In this document: positions 35,401 through 64,000 of the stretch, in pieces | Layout: each line of letters begins with the position of its first letter | How positions within the stretch are numbered: position 1 is the first letter of the stretch | DNA from: Macrostomum lignano | Taxonomy: Eukaryota | Reading direction: 5' to 3' | Length of the DNA: 64,000 nucleotides | NCBI GenBank assembly: GCA_002269645.1 | Contig: NIVC01001832.1 | Location: 124,001-188,000, forward strand | Program-made: the position numbers and the translations under genes | Notes under the pieces: model-generated | The model's database searches: none | What the model saw: the letters and a program-made list of their open reading frames with translations, nothing else | Told to the model about the DNA's origin: nothing

Positions 35401-36513
35401 GGGTGAGGGGTAGCGGAGCAGTCCTGAAGGATCGGGTGAGGGGTAGCGGAGCAGTCCTGAAGGATCGGGTGAGGGGTAGCGGAGCAGTCCTGAAGGATCG
35501 GGTGAGGGGTAGCGGAGCAGTCCTGAAGGATCGGGTGAGGGGTAGCGGAGCAGTCCTGGAGGATCGGGTGAGGGGTAGCGGAGCAGTCCTGAAGGATCGG
35601 GTGAGGGGTAGCGGAGCAGTCCTGAAGGATCGGGTGAGGGGTAGCGGAGCAGTCCTGAAGGATCGGGTGAGGGGTAGCGGAGCAGTCCTGAAGGATCGGG
35701 TGAGGGGTAACGGAGCAGTCCTGAAGGATCGGGTGAGGGGTAACGGAGCAGTCCTGGAGGATCGGGTGAGGGGTAGCGGATTGAATGGGGGCAAGTGAAT
35801 CGTCAGATTTTGGGATAGAAAAGAATTTCAGAATCCTTAATGAGACAGCAGTCTTTTAGTTGAAAAAAAACGGATAAGAGGATTCAAACAAAGTTAAAAA
35901 TTTTAATCTAGATAAAAAAACCGATTCTTTCCAGGAAATGATGATGAAGAACGAAGCGAACAGTCCGATAAAGTCTGAAGCGATCATCCCGATGCACCAG
36001 CTTCCCCAGCATCCCCAGCTTCATCAGCATTTTCAACAGCGCCAGCAACAGCTTGACTCGGCTAACGAAGCCTGCGAAGCTGACTCCTTGGATTCGAACT
36101 CCCGACCTCCGCCTCCGCCGACAACTCACGGATCCTCCGAGGCTGAAGCCGACGCCGCTGGAAGCGGCGACTCGGGAGTTCCGGAAATTCAGAAGCCGCA
36201 GCCGCTGCCTCCGCCGCCACCGGCCCTGCTTGGTGAAGTTGGTGCACCTGGAGGAGGCGCCAGTGGCCCCCTGATATCGCAGTTGCTCCCGCATCAGCAC
36301 GCGCTCCAGCATCAGCACGCACTGCAGCAACATCATCAGCAGCAGCATTCTCAGCTGCATTCGTATAGCGGAGACTGGGAGCAATCGCATCATCTCCATG
36401 GCAACGCCTACCAGCTGCCGATGTCGCCTCATCCAGGCTACAGTTACCACGGAAACCCGTACTGGTACAGCGGCGGCTATCAGCAGCAGGTGTACAACCA
36501 TCAGGAGTGCTGA
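32488..36513 (+). CDS. Dlx: Distal-less/Dlx homeobox gene A, about 393 aa; exons 32488-32782, 34253-34443, 35220-35336, 35935-36513
   Basis: Homeodomain [44 protein letters not shown]|[19 protein letters not shown] with the Dlx-typical intron between TQTQ and VKIWF. Poly-Ala N-terminus, Q/H/P-rich C-terminus; all junctions GT-AG in phase. Confidence 0.93.
32803..33585. repeat. Dlx-A intron 1 arrays: 8 x 29-bp GCTGCTGCATCCCGCCTTCATCTGTCTGA followed by about 21-bp TGCCTGTCCCTCATCTCCCCC array
   Basis: Copies counted by hand. Confidence 0.93.
34488..34802. repeat. 10-bp array AGGGATAGAC (Dlx-A intron 2)
   Basis: Direct tandem copies. Confidence 0.95.
35377..35780. repeat. 33-bp array GTAGCGGAGCAGTCCTGAAGGATCGGGTGAGGG (Dlx-A intron 3)
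   Basis: Direct tandem copies. Confidence 0.95.
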
Positions 36514-39132
36514 TCTGGACGCGCCTGAGACCGACATTCCCATTCGAGTATCTCTCAAGCCTACCGGCTTAACAACTATAAATTAGTCAATAGATTAAAC
36601 TTAAGCTCGGTACAAAAATATACTTTTGTTACTAGGGCCGGTCGGTATAAATGCAGTTTGGTAGTTGCACAGCGTCCAATATATCCGTGCCCCCACTGCT
36701 CACTTGAATTGCTGCTTTTTCTCCCATTGTTTCGCTTTTGTCGGCCGTTTCAATAATATACATTTTTTCTCTGCTTTTTTCTTACACAAAATTTTCCTAA
36801 TATAACTGTTGCTTGTTTGTCCGCGCTTCTGGTTTGTGCGTTGGTTTCCGCTAATATTCATTATGCTTTTAATACGCGCTCCGAAGCTCACCTTATAGCC
36901 CCCACCACCCCTACAGCACCTGTAGCAATATCTTTTGCATACTATCTGCAATAACAGAATTTGAAATATAAAAATATGAAGAATTTATATGCAGGAATTG
37001 TGCAATCTAATATATGTTTATACAAGCTCTGTGTAGCTCAGTGCTAAAAAAACCCATATGTCTGTTCCGAACATTGAATTTAATTTTGAAAGATTTTCGC
37101 AACGTTGTTTGAGAATTGGAAATGTACTTCAAATGCCGCAGATGATTGATAACAAAGACAACAGATACCGACTCAAATGGCCATTGCAGCGACACAAGAA
37201 CAAGATGATATGTTACAAGATGAATGCCAGCTAAGACAAAGGCCATAAATTTCAGAGGCATGTTGGTCTGGCGGTTGGCAGTCTGAATAGAAAATCCGAG
37301 TTCACGCTGTGCCCCCCCCCCCCCAGCCGAGCACAGGCCAGAGGCAGTTGTGTCGAGAAGCGCTGAAATTTGAGACGCCGGGCACAAACGCCGCTCCGTC
37401 ATGAGCAGGAGGCCGCGGCTTGGTGCCACCCGCCACAGAACTTGCCATGAGTTCCAAACGAATTCGAGACACAGAGAGACAGTGGAGGGTAGGGGAGGGC
37501 GGGCGGACCTCCCCCTGCTCCCCCCTGTAATTAGCGGGTACCTTCGCCCAAGCAAAGGGGGGGTTGCCTCCTGCCAACCCTCCCCCCTTCCCTCGGGATG
37601 GGCTCGGGGCTCAAGGTAAAAAAAAATCGCCGGGGACTCCTCGCTTATGGTTTGAAAGCAACTTTTGGCCAAGCAGAGCCGGCCTGGCCTGTCCTGCTCG
37701 GTCACCGAGGACCAGAATGCACAGACGGGCGCTCTGGCTGGTGTGCGGGCCTTGGTGCGGTGGTGTGCGATGGTCGAGCCTTTGAATTGTGGAGGTGGGC
37801 GGATCCACCCTGGGGAAGAGGGAATAAGACTCTGGAGGCAACGAATCCTTCCTACGGGCCTTGGAGATTAGGCCCCGCCTAGCCCTGTCCTCAGTCTCTT
37901 TCTCCAAAGCTAATTCTCCATCATCATTTTGTTGCTATGCTAAATGAACGAAAATCGCTATTATTGCATTGTGTTGTGCCTGACTGCTAGGCCAGTGCCA
38001 GGACAAGCTTTGAAAGTTTGTTTTAAACAGGTAAGTTTAATGCAAAAGCGTGTGATTGAGTCAGATTAAATCGAATAATATGGCTTGTTGGTGAAAGAGA
38101 CACGCGCTGGTCAGGCCATGGAGGAGAATGGATCGCTGTTTCAATGCACTCGTTGGGGGGGCTCGCTCATGCAACTCTGGGGATATGGGGGGGGGCACAC
38201 GACCCCTCAGGTGAGTCCTCGAGTTGAGTAGGCTGGATTCAAGCCTCAGGTGCGCATGGGGCCGTCCCCCCATCAGCCCTCAATCAGTAACGCGCAGCCT
38301 TAGCCAGAGCGGAGCGGCAGCAAAAGCAGCATAACAGCAGGGTTGCTTTCAACATTTGAGCGCCTTTGTTCCCTCGCCTCTCGCACAAAGGCTTGCAGCA
38401 ACAAAAAGCAGACAGAAGAGCGACAGTTTTTGCTCAAAAAAGCCTATTTTTTGTCTTTCTCTCCCTCTCTCTTCGAGCTGCTCAAACAATCGCTCTGAGG
38501 ACTTGCTGATCGGGGAGCAGCTTAAGAGGGCCAATTAGCGATGAAAGTCAAAGGCCGCTCGGGGGGGGGGCTAAGCAGGTAAAACAAGCAGGCAAATATT
38601 TCACCGTTTCTCTTGGGAAATGCAACAGTGGAATCCCTTTACCGATTCTACATAACCGGTGTACTCAATAATAAAATTGCGCCAATATTATGAAATTTTC
38701 ATCACTGAAAACTTGAAAAATGAAAAACACACAGTGGCGCCTGAGTGACTCAGAGAGACCAGAGCTGCCCTGAAGCTGAAAGTGGAGGAAGAGTGGAAGG
38801 CGGAAGCAGAGAGCAGGATCTATCAGCCTCCCATTCGAACGAATTCACTTCCGGTGCGTGCGGAAGCGGCTTCAGCTCGAAATGTCGAATTTTGTTTATC
38901 CAGTTTAAAAAAAGCCCAGCCTCCGCTGCTTCATCCTCAGTTGAGCAGCGAAAAAAATGGTTAATTTCTGCCTTCCGTGCGGAGGCGGCTGCTGCTGGGA
39001 GTTTCGGGGGTTTCCCGTGAAAAAGGGAGGAGCAACATCTCTCTGTGATGATGATTTTTAATATATTTTTTAACTGCTCTGTGCTTAACTCGCTTTTATA
39101 AGCTATCAGACAGTATAAATTGATCGCCACAA

Positions 39133-39677
39133 ACCCTAATCCTAGCCCTAATCCTAATCCTGATCCTTATCCTAATCCAAATCCTAACCCTGATCCTGAT
39201 CCTGATCCTAATCCTAATCCTATCCTTAATCTTAATATTAATCCTAATCCTAATTCTAATCCTAATCCTAATCCTAGTCCTAGTCCTACTCCTAATCCTA
39301 ATCCTAATCCTAATCCTATTCCTAATCTTGATCCTAATCTAATCCTAATCTTATCCCTAATCCTAATCTTATCCCTAATCCTAATCTTATCCCTAATTCT
39401 AATCTTATCCCTAATCCTAATCTTATCCCTAATCCTAATCTTATCCCTAATCCTAATCTTATCCCTAATCCTAATCTTATCCCTAATCCTAATCTTATCC
39501 CTAATCCTAATTCGAATCCTAATCCTAATCCTATCCCTAATCCTACTCCTAACCGTGGTTCAAGTCATAATCCTAATCCTAACCCTGATACTAATCCTAA
39601 TCCTTATGCTAATCCTAATCCTAACCCTGATCCTAATCTTGGTCCTAACCCTAATTCTAAGAAAAACACAAACCCTA
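39133..39677. repeat. Telomere-like (CCTAAT/CCCTAA)n degenerate array between the Dlx genes
   Basis: 6-bp units, with an 18-bp higher-order unit CCCTAATCCTAATCTTAT. Confidence 0.85.
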
Positions 39678-39984
39678 ACCGTCAATGCTTTTCTGCTCTA
39701 CCCGTTTGGCCAATCAATCAGAGATCAAACGCCTCATTGAAATTTTAAAACCTCTTAATTGCTTACTCTTAGTAGAATAATTTGACTAAAAGGATTAGAA
39801 ATAAATTAGTCAATCGAACTCATTTCAAATGCAAACAATGCATGAATTAGCGCGAAGAAATTCCTGGCAATCCAGCCACAGTCGATTATCGTTTATTATA
39901 GACATCGTTTCAAAACCAGCGCTGAGGCGTTACGGCAAGTCAAGCCAACGTAGCTAGAAAACTAGATTTGCTAAACTAGTTGGT

Positions 39985-46790
<6,806 letters not shown>

Positions 46791-47077
46791 CCCTGATTGT
46801 TGAAGATAACAGCGCAGTTGTTTCCGAGTGATCAATTGGAACCCGATAGGAGCTGTCAGTGCCAATTTACACCATTCGAATGCAGGCCAAAAGCCATGGG
46901 GGAGAAATGCAGCTCTCACTGGCAGCTGGATGCCATTGGCTCAGAAAGGTTCCCAAGTTTTTTTACGAGAGAACGAAGACAACGCTTGGGAGAATCCTTG
47001 AATACCTCCGCATCTCGCAATAACTATTTTCATCTCAATTTATGACATGTCTCATACTCTGCTGTACATCTAACCTG

Positions 47078-48178
47078 CACTTAGCCACCTCCAAGCTACA
47101 CTCAGCCACCTCCAAGCTGCACTCAACCACCTTCAAGCTGCACTCAGCCACCTCCAAGCTGCACTCAACCACCTTCAAGCTGCACTCAGCCTCCTCCCAG
47201 CTACACTCAGCTACCTCCAAGCTGCACTCAACCACCTTCAAGCTGCACTCAGCCACCTTCAAGCTGCACTCAGCCACCTTCAAGCTGCACTCAGCCACCT
47301 TCAAGCTGCACTCAGCCACCCCCAAGCTACACTCAGCCACCTCCAAGCTACGAGCTACACTCAGCCACCTTCAAGCTGCACTCAACTGTGATGAATTGAG
47401 ATTGAGACGAAGCGATTGAATTGGCTTGAGCCGCAAGTTGTAGACAGCGTTTCTAAACTGACGCGTTGGTCCTTTATATTGTATTATAGAACTGAGTACA
47501 TGTAGTTAGGACGAACGATGTACATTGCGAAGAAGTACTGTACGCATAAATAGAAATCGATCAGTTCAGTGGAGGGGGAGGGTCTACAATGGTAAGCTAA
47601 AATTGAGCAGCCAAGCGCACAAAGCAGTATAGTTCAAATCGGTATAAGAAAGCCAATTCCACCTTCAAGCTGCACTCAGCCACCTCCAATCTGCACTCAA
47701 CCACCTTCAAGCTGCACTCAACCACCTTCAAGCTGCACTCAGCCACCTTCAAGCTGCACTCAACCACCTTCAAGCTGCACTCAACCACCTTCAAGCTGCA
47801 CTCAGCCACCTTCAAGCTGCACTCAGCCACCTCCAAGCTGCACTCAGCCACCTCCAAGCTGCACTCAGCCACCTCCAAGCTGCACTCAGCCACCTCCAAG
47901 CTGCACTCAGCCACCTCCAAGCTGCACTCAGCCACCTTCAAGCTGCACTCAGCCACCTCCAAGCTGCACTCAACCACCTCCAAGCTGCACTCAGCCACCT
48001 CCAAGCTGCACTCAGCCACCTCCAAGCTGCACTCAGCCACCTTCAAGCTGCACTCAGCCACCTCCAAGCTACACTCAGCCACCTCCAAGCTGCACTCAGC
48101 CACCTCCAAGCTGCACTCAGCCACCTCCAAGCTGCACTCAGCCACCTTCAAGCTGCACTCAGCCACCTTCAAGCTGCA
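47078..48178. repeat. 21-bp array GCACTCAGCCACCTCCAAGCT, interrupted by unique sequence at about 47386-47658
   Basis: Direct tandem copies. Confidence 0.92.
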
Positions 48179-48845
48179 GCGAATCCAACCAAGCCAATTT
48201 TCATGTTACTTGGACTCAAATGCTAAAAGCAAACAATTTTCCCTGAAAGGGGTCAAAGCAGCGAGCTGCGAGGCTTGGCATTAGATGTCATGCGGGCTTT
48301 CTGGCTGGACGAGGGGCGGGGGGGGTTGCAGTGTAGGCTCCGTTCCCTCGCCCGCCTCGCTCTATTAATTACCGACTTCCTCTTCCGCGCTTGGCGTGGA
48401 GAGGGCCACCTCCTGTCCAACCCCAACCCCTCGACTTCCCTTTTGACTTTTCTCCACTGTCTTTTATTTCTGCTTCTCCTCTTGTGCATTCGGACAAGCC
48501 GCCTTCGACAAACTACAAAGACCAAGGTTGGGTAATTATCTGATGCCAGCAGCCCTAGAAACAGCTGCAATTACCCCCCCCCTTATCCTCCCGTTCCCCG
48601 GCCCCAGATTTCTGTTCTGCTGCTGCCGCCCCCGGCAAATTCAAAAGCTGCGCCTCATTTCCGATTCCAGCAGCAGCTTTCACAAGTTTTTTATTTTAAT
48701 TTAAACAACATCTTTTATGGTGGAGTTGCAATTAGCTTGTCTGTTGACAATTTTCACTCAGTCATTAAATTATAATTAACTCTTTTTGCCAGACAGCGAG
48801 ACAGAAATTACTGCACTCAGGAGAAACGTGAAAGTGAAAAGAAAA

Positions 48846-49361
48846 GGGGAGTGAGAGTGAAGGCAACTGAGAGAGTGAAGGGGAGTGAGAGTGAAGGCAA
48901 CTGAGAGAGTGAAGGGGAGTGAGAGTGAAGGGGAGTGAGAGTGAAGGGGAGTGAGAGTGAAGGCAACTGAGAGAGTGAAGGGGAATGAGAGTGAAGGGGA
49001 GTGAGAGTGAAGGGGAGTGAGAGTGAAGGCAACTGAGAGAGTGAAGGGGAGTGAGAGTGAAGGGGACTGGGAGTGAAGGGGAGTGAGAGTGAAGGGGAGT
49101 GAGAGTGAAGGGGAGTGAGAGTGAAGGGGAGTGAGAGTGAAGGGGAGTGAGAGTGAAGGGGAGTGAGAGTGAAGGGGAGTGAGAGTGAAGGGGAGTGAGA
49201 GTGAAGGGGAGTGAGAGTGAAACGGACTGAGAGTAAAGGGGAGTGAGAGTGAAGGGGAGTGAGAGTGAAGGGGACTGAGAGTGAAGGGGAGTGAGAGTGA
49301 AGGGGAGTGAGAGTGAAGGGGAGTGAGAGTGAAGGGGAGTGAGAGTGAAGGGGAGTGAGAG
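48846..49361. repeat. 16-bp array GAGAGTGAAGGGGAGT
   Basis: Direct tandem copies. Confidence 0.93.
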
Positions 49362-49756
49362 TTAACTTGCAGTTCCACCCAACTGGGCTGACAGTAAATT
49401 AAAGCAGAAATCCTTACAAGCTTAGATTTGATTCATTTTTAATTGAACAATATATTTACTTAGACATGTCACAATCATTTTTTCATCCCCCAAATTCGCA
49501 CACAGGTAAGTAACGGTATAATTAAGTAAATAATTATAATAAAATAGTAATTTAATCGATACGTAAATGCACTAGAATGGCTACGCAGCAGGACGAACAA
49601 GCAAAGCAAACACTGCCAGTGGGAGAGCTTTCAAGTTTCTATCAAATTCGCAAAAAATAGTTTAATCTGGTTTTTTAAGCATTTAAACAGCAATAAACAG
49701 CCACTTTATGCTACTAAGAGTAGAAAGCAGCAGTTTTTCGCGCAATGAGAGGAGTC

Positions 49757-60592
<10,836 letters not shown>

Positions 60593-60692
60593 TGGGGCGG
60601 CCTGAGCGGCTGCCACAAGCAGGCGAGGAGGGAGAGAGGGTTTGGCTAAAGTTTGCAGGCTTAGTTTGTTGCTAAGATGCCTGCTATAGTAG

Positions 60693-60747
<55 letters not shown>

Positions 60748-62964
60748 AAGAATTAACGAACGCCAACTATAGAGCTGGAAGAGAATACACCAGCAATGGC
60801 AGCAGTAAAGAAGGAACGAAGGGTAGGATGGAGCTCTGCTGAGCCCCTATAGGAGACAGCGGAAGTGCGGACACGCACGCGGTGACAAGCTAGAAGTGCC
60901 TGCGGGTTGGCTGGCTGGTTGGTTGCTGGGCAGGCGAGGAAGAGAGAGAGAGAGAGAGAGAAGGAAAGCGCGTCGTAGGGAAGAGACACCTAATGTTTAG
61001 CATTGTTATTAGCATTTGCTGCTTAGGCCGCGACTATAGCGCCCGTGGATGCAGTGGACTGGGGTTGCCACCCAGTGCACGCCGTGCAAGAGCAGCTTCA
61101 GTTAGATGATATGGCGAGTGGTCCGGACCAATGGGAGACGAACTTACGATCGGGGACAATGGATGAAGAATGGAGAAAGAAGGCCAGGCGGACAGGAAAA
61201 ATAAAGTTGAAAGACTCCCTGATTTTTATTATTTAGCTATCAAAGCTATAAGTCCAACATTTGCTGGAATACAGAAATTTACGGTAATTGTTGGAAATAA
61301 GGGATGAATTCGAAACTTCACTATCTGCCGCTAGAAAAACTCTTAATTTTGAGAACTCCATCTGTCTAGGCAGAGTAGGGATTGTGAATAAAATGAGTTG
61401 AGCAGTGCAGCTCAGCTCCAGCAGCCCCAACCTGCGCTGTCAAGAAATTGGGCTTCCCTGGCAACGCTAAGCAATGAGCCGGAGCAGTGGGAATTTCTTT
61501 CCCATATAGAAATAAGTCATTACTTACAAGGCAGCTGCACGAACGCCACCACTCCCTCCCTCTTGGGATGAAGTGGGGCGACATAGCGGGGCTCATTAAG
61601 TCTATGGAGAGCCGCCCGCTTCTAAAAAGCTGTGTGAGCCTTTTTGCTTGCACTCGGGAACAGAGCGGCCACCACTGGCTGAGCTTGCATGGCTTGCCGT
61701 CTTGTTGCAACAGGACAAGAAGAGAAAATAAGATTCTGGGCAGAGCTCGTCCGAAGCTTCATCAACATGCTCATAAGCTGCTCAAAGCATACAATAATAT
61801 GGGAATTGCAATTAAAATCGAGTCGGAACATCTGACGAATTCAATAGATCAGGTGCTAGTACAGCAACTCAATGATCTGCCCTCCTAGCACGAATAAATC
61901 TCCAATTAATCCTGCATTATCCGAAGCTGGCAGCCAAGATGCATACAAAATAATCAATAATTAATCCTTGCGAAACAGGAAATTAAATTTACCTCTTCCC
62001 CATTTTTGTCAGTACGCTCGCAATGCAAGCGGAGATTCCTAGACTCCTAGAGGATCTGCTGCTCCCAGGCAGAGGCAGTAGCGGCTTGGATCAGACTGAC
62101 TGCTGCACTTTTTCATGTCCATACCTTGCTAATTTGGTAACCAGGGCCTGGAATTAGAGGTCTGTAAAAGAGTGTAAACATGAGAAACGGAGAATGAGAA
62201 CGTGAGAAACTGAGAGTGTAAGCACGAGAAACTGAGGGTGAGGAAATGAGAAACTGAGGGTGTAAGTACGAGAAACGGAGAGTGAGGACATGAGAAACTG
62301 AGAATGAGGACAGGAGAATCTGAGGGCGCAAACATTTTATTCCAAGAGCAGAGAAAAACAACTTGAAAAAAAACAGTTTTTTTAAACAAAAATGATTGCA
62401 GTCATTTCCATAAAAATTGCAATAGAAGCTTTTGCAAATATATTTCTTTGCAGAAGGAAGCAATTGCACATTGGGGTGGGGGTGGATAAAGGGAGGCTCA
62501 GAGAAATTTAGCAAAAGTAATCAAGCTCTAAAGAAGTTTTTACTGAAGCGCAGAACTAGAAATATTGTATCAAACGGTTTCGACTGTGTCACCCCCGACC
62601 TCCTAGCTTCATTTAGAATAGAAATATTTGTATAAATTAGCTCCAGTTGCAACTAGCAAGCAACAAAACAATGGATAACAACATATTCAATCAGTGACAG
62701 AAACGCTTACTTATAGTAGCATGTAGAACATTAAAAATACATTTAAAAAATTGCTTCTGATTTGGCAGAAAGACAAAGACAATTAGTAAACAGTCAGAAT
62801 ACCATAAATAACGTCTAATGCCAATTTTAGATCAAGTGGGAGTCCTCACTTAATTTCTCACCTCCTCATCCTTGGGTCAAGAAGCGGTGACCCAGAGTCG
62901 GTTTAGAAAATGAGACCATCTCAATCTATTCTAACTGCTCCATTTCCCGATCATTCTCCCTTAT

Positions 62965-64000
62965 TTTCATCTCATTCTCCTATCTCCCTCTCATTCTCCA
63001 ATATCTCTATCTCATTCTCCAATATCTCTATCTCAATCTCCAATATCTCTATCTCATTCTCCAATATCTCTATCTCATTCTCCAATATCTCAATCTCAAT
63101 CTCCAATATCTCTATCTCATTCTCCAATATCTCTATCTCATTCTCCAATATCTCTATCTCATTCTCCAATATATCTATCTCATTCTCCAATATCTCTATC
63201 TCATTCTCCAATATCTCTATCTCATTCTCCAATATCTCAATCTCAATCTCCAATATCTCTATCTCAATCTCCAATATATCTATCTCATTCTCCAATATAT
63301 CTATCTCATTCTCCAATATCTCTATCTCATTCTCCAATATCTCTATCTCAATCTCCAATATATCTATCTCATTCTCCAATATATCTATCTCATTCTCCAA
63401 TATCTCAATCTCAATCTCCAATATCTCTATCTCATTCTCCAATATCTCTATCTCATTCTCCAATATCTCTATCTCAATCTCCAATATATCTATCTCAATC
63501 TCCAATATATCTATCTCATTCTCCAATATCTCTATCTCATTCTCCAATATATCTATCTCATTCTCCAATATCTCCATCTCATTCTCCAATATCTCTATCT
63601 CAATCTCCAATATATCTATCTCATTCTCCAATATATCTATCTCATTCTCCAATATCTCAATCTCAATCTCCAATATCTCTATCTCATTCTCCAATATCTC
63701 TATCTCATTCTCCAATATCTCTATCTCAATCTCCAATATATCTATCTCATTCTCCAATATATCTATCTCATTCTCCAATATCTCAATCTCAATCTCCAAT
63801 ATCTCTATCTCAATCTCCAATATCTCTATCTCATTCTCCAATATATCTATCTCATTCTCCAATATCTCTATCTCTATCTCATTCTCCAATATCTCTATCT
63901 CAATCTCCAATATATCTATCTCATTCTCCAATATATCTATCTCATTCTCCAATATCTCAATCTCAATCTCCAATATCTCTATCTCATTCTCCAATATCTC
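62965..64000. repeat. 21-bp array ATCTCATTCTCCAATATCTCT running off the right edge
   Basis: Direct tandem copies; source of the 340-aa ILENEIE ORF. Confidence 0.95.

Noticed and set aside
62972-63994. 340-aa 'ILENEIE' coiled-coil-like ORF
   Set aside because: 21-bp tandem array running off the window edge; no unique coding flank.

Overview
Eukaryotic, intron-rich animal DNA, most plausibly a flatworm. A Platyhelminthes-type EF-hand/DLC (TAL) gene and minisatellite-packed introns suggest a Macrostomum-like genome; this is inference, not a database result. Six spliced protein-coding genes were reconstructed by hand from GT-AG boundaries: dynamin (-, runs off the left edge), a TAL protein (+), RAD6/UBE2A (+), two Distal-less/Dlx paralogs arranged tail-to-tail (+/-), and a DCLK3-like doublecortin kinase (-). 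Mobile DNA: an apparently intact Chapaev-type (RAG1/Transib-related) DNA transposon, a 5'-truncated RNase H-bearing non-LTR retrotransposon, a hAT-type non-autonomous element carrying a minisatellite, a TIR-bounded element enclosing an RT fragment, and a foldback element. About 25 distinct tandem repeats account for most of the long ORFs in the track. The most striking observation is that the two inverted Dlx paralogs are a patchwork of near-identical and deeply diverged segments. This points to gene conversion, and possibly to an invertible segment that would swap their 5' ends in frame.
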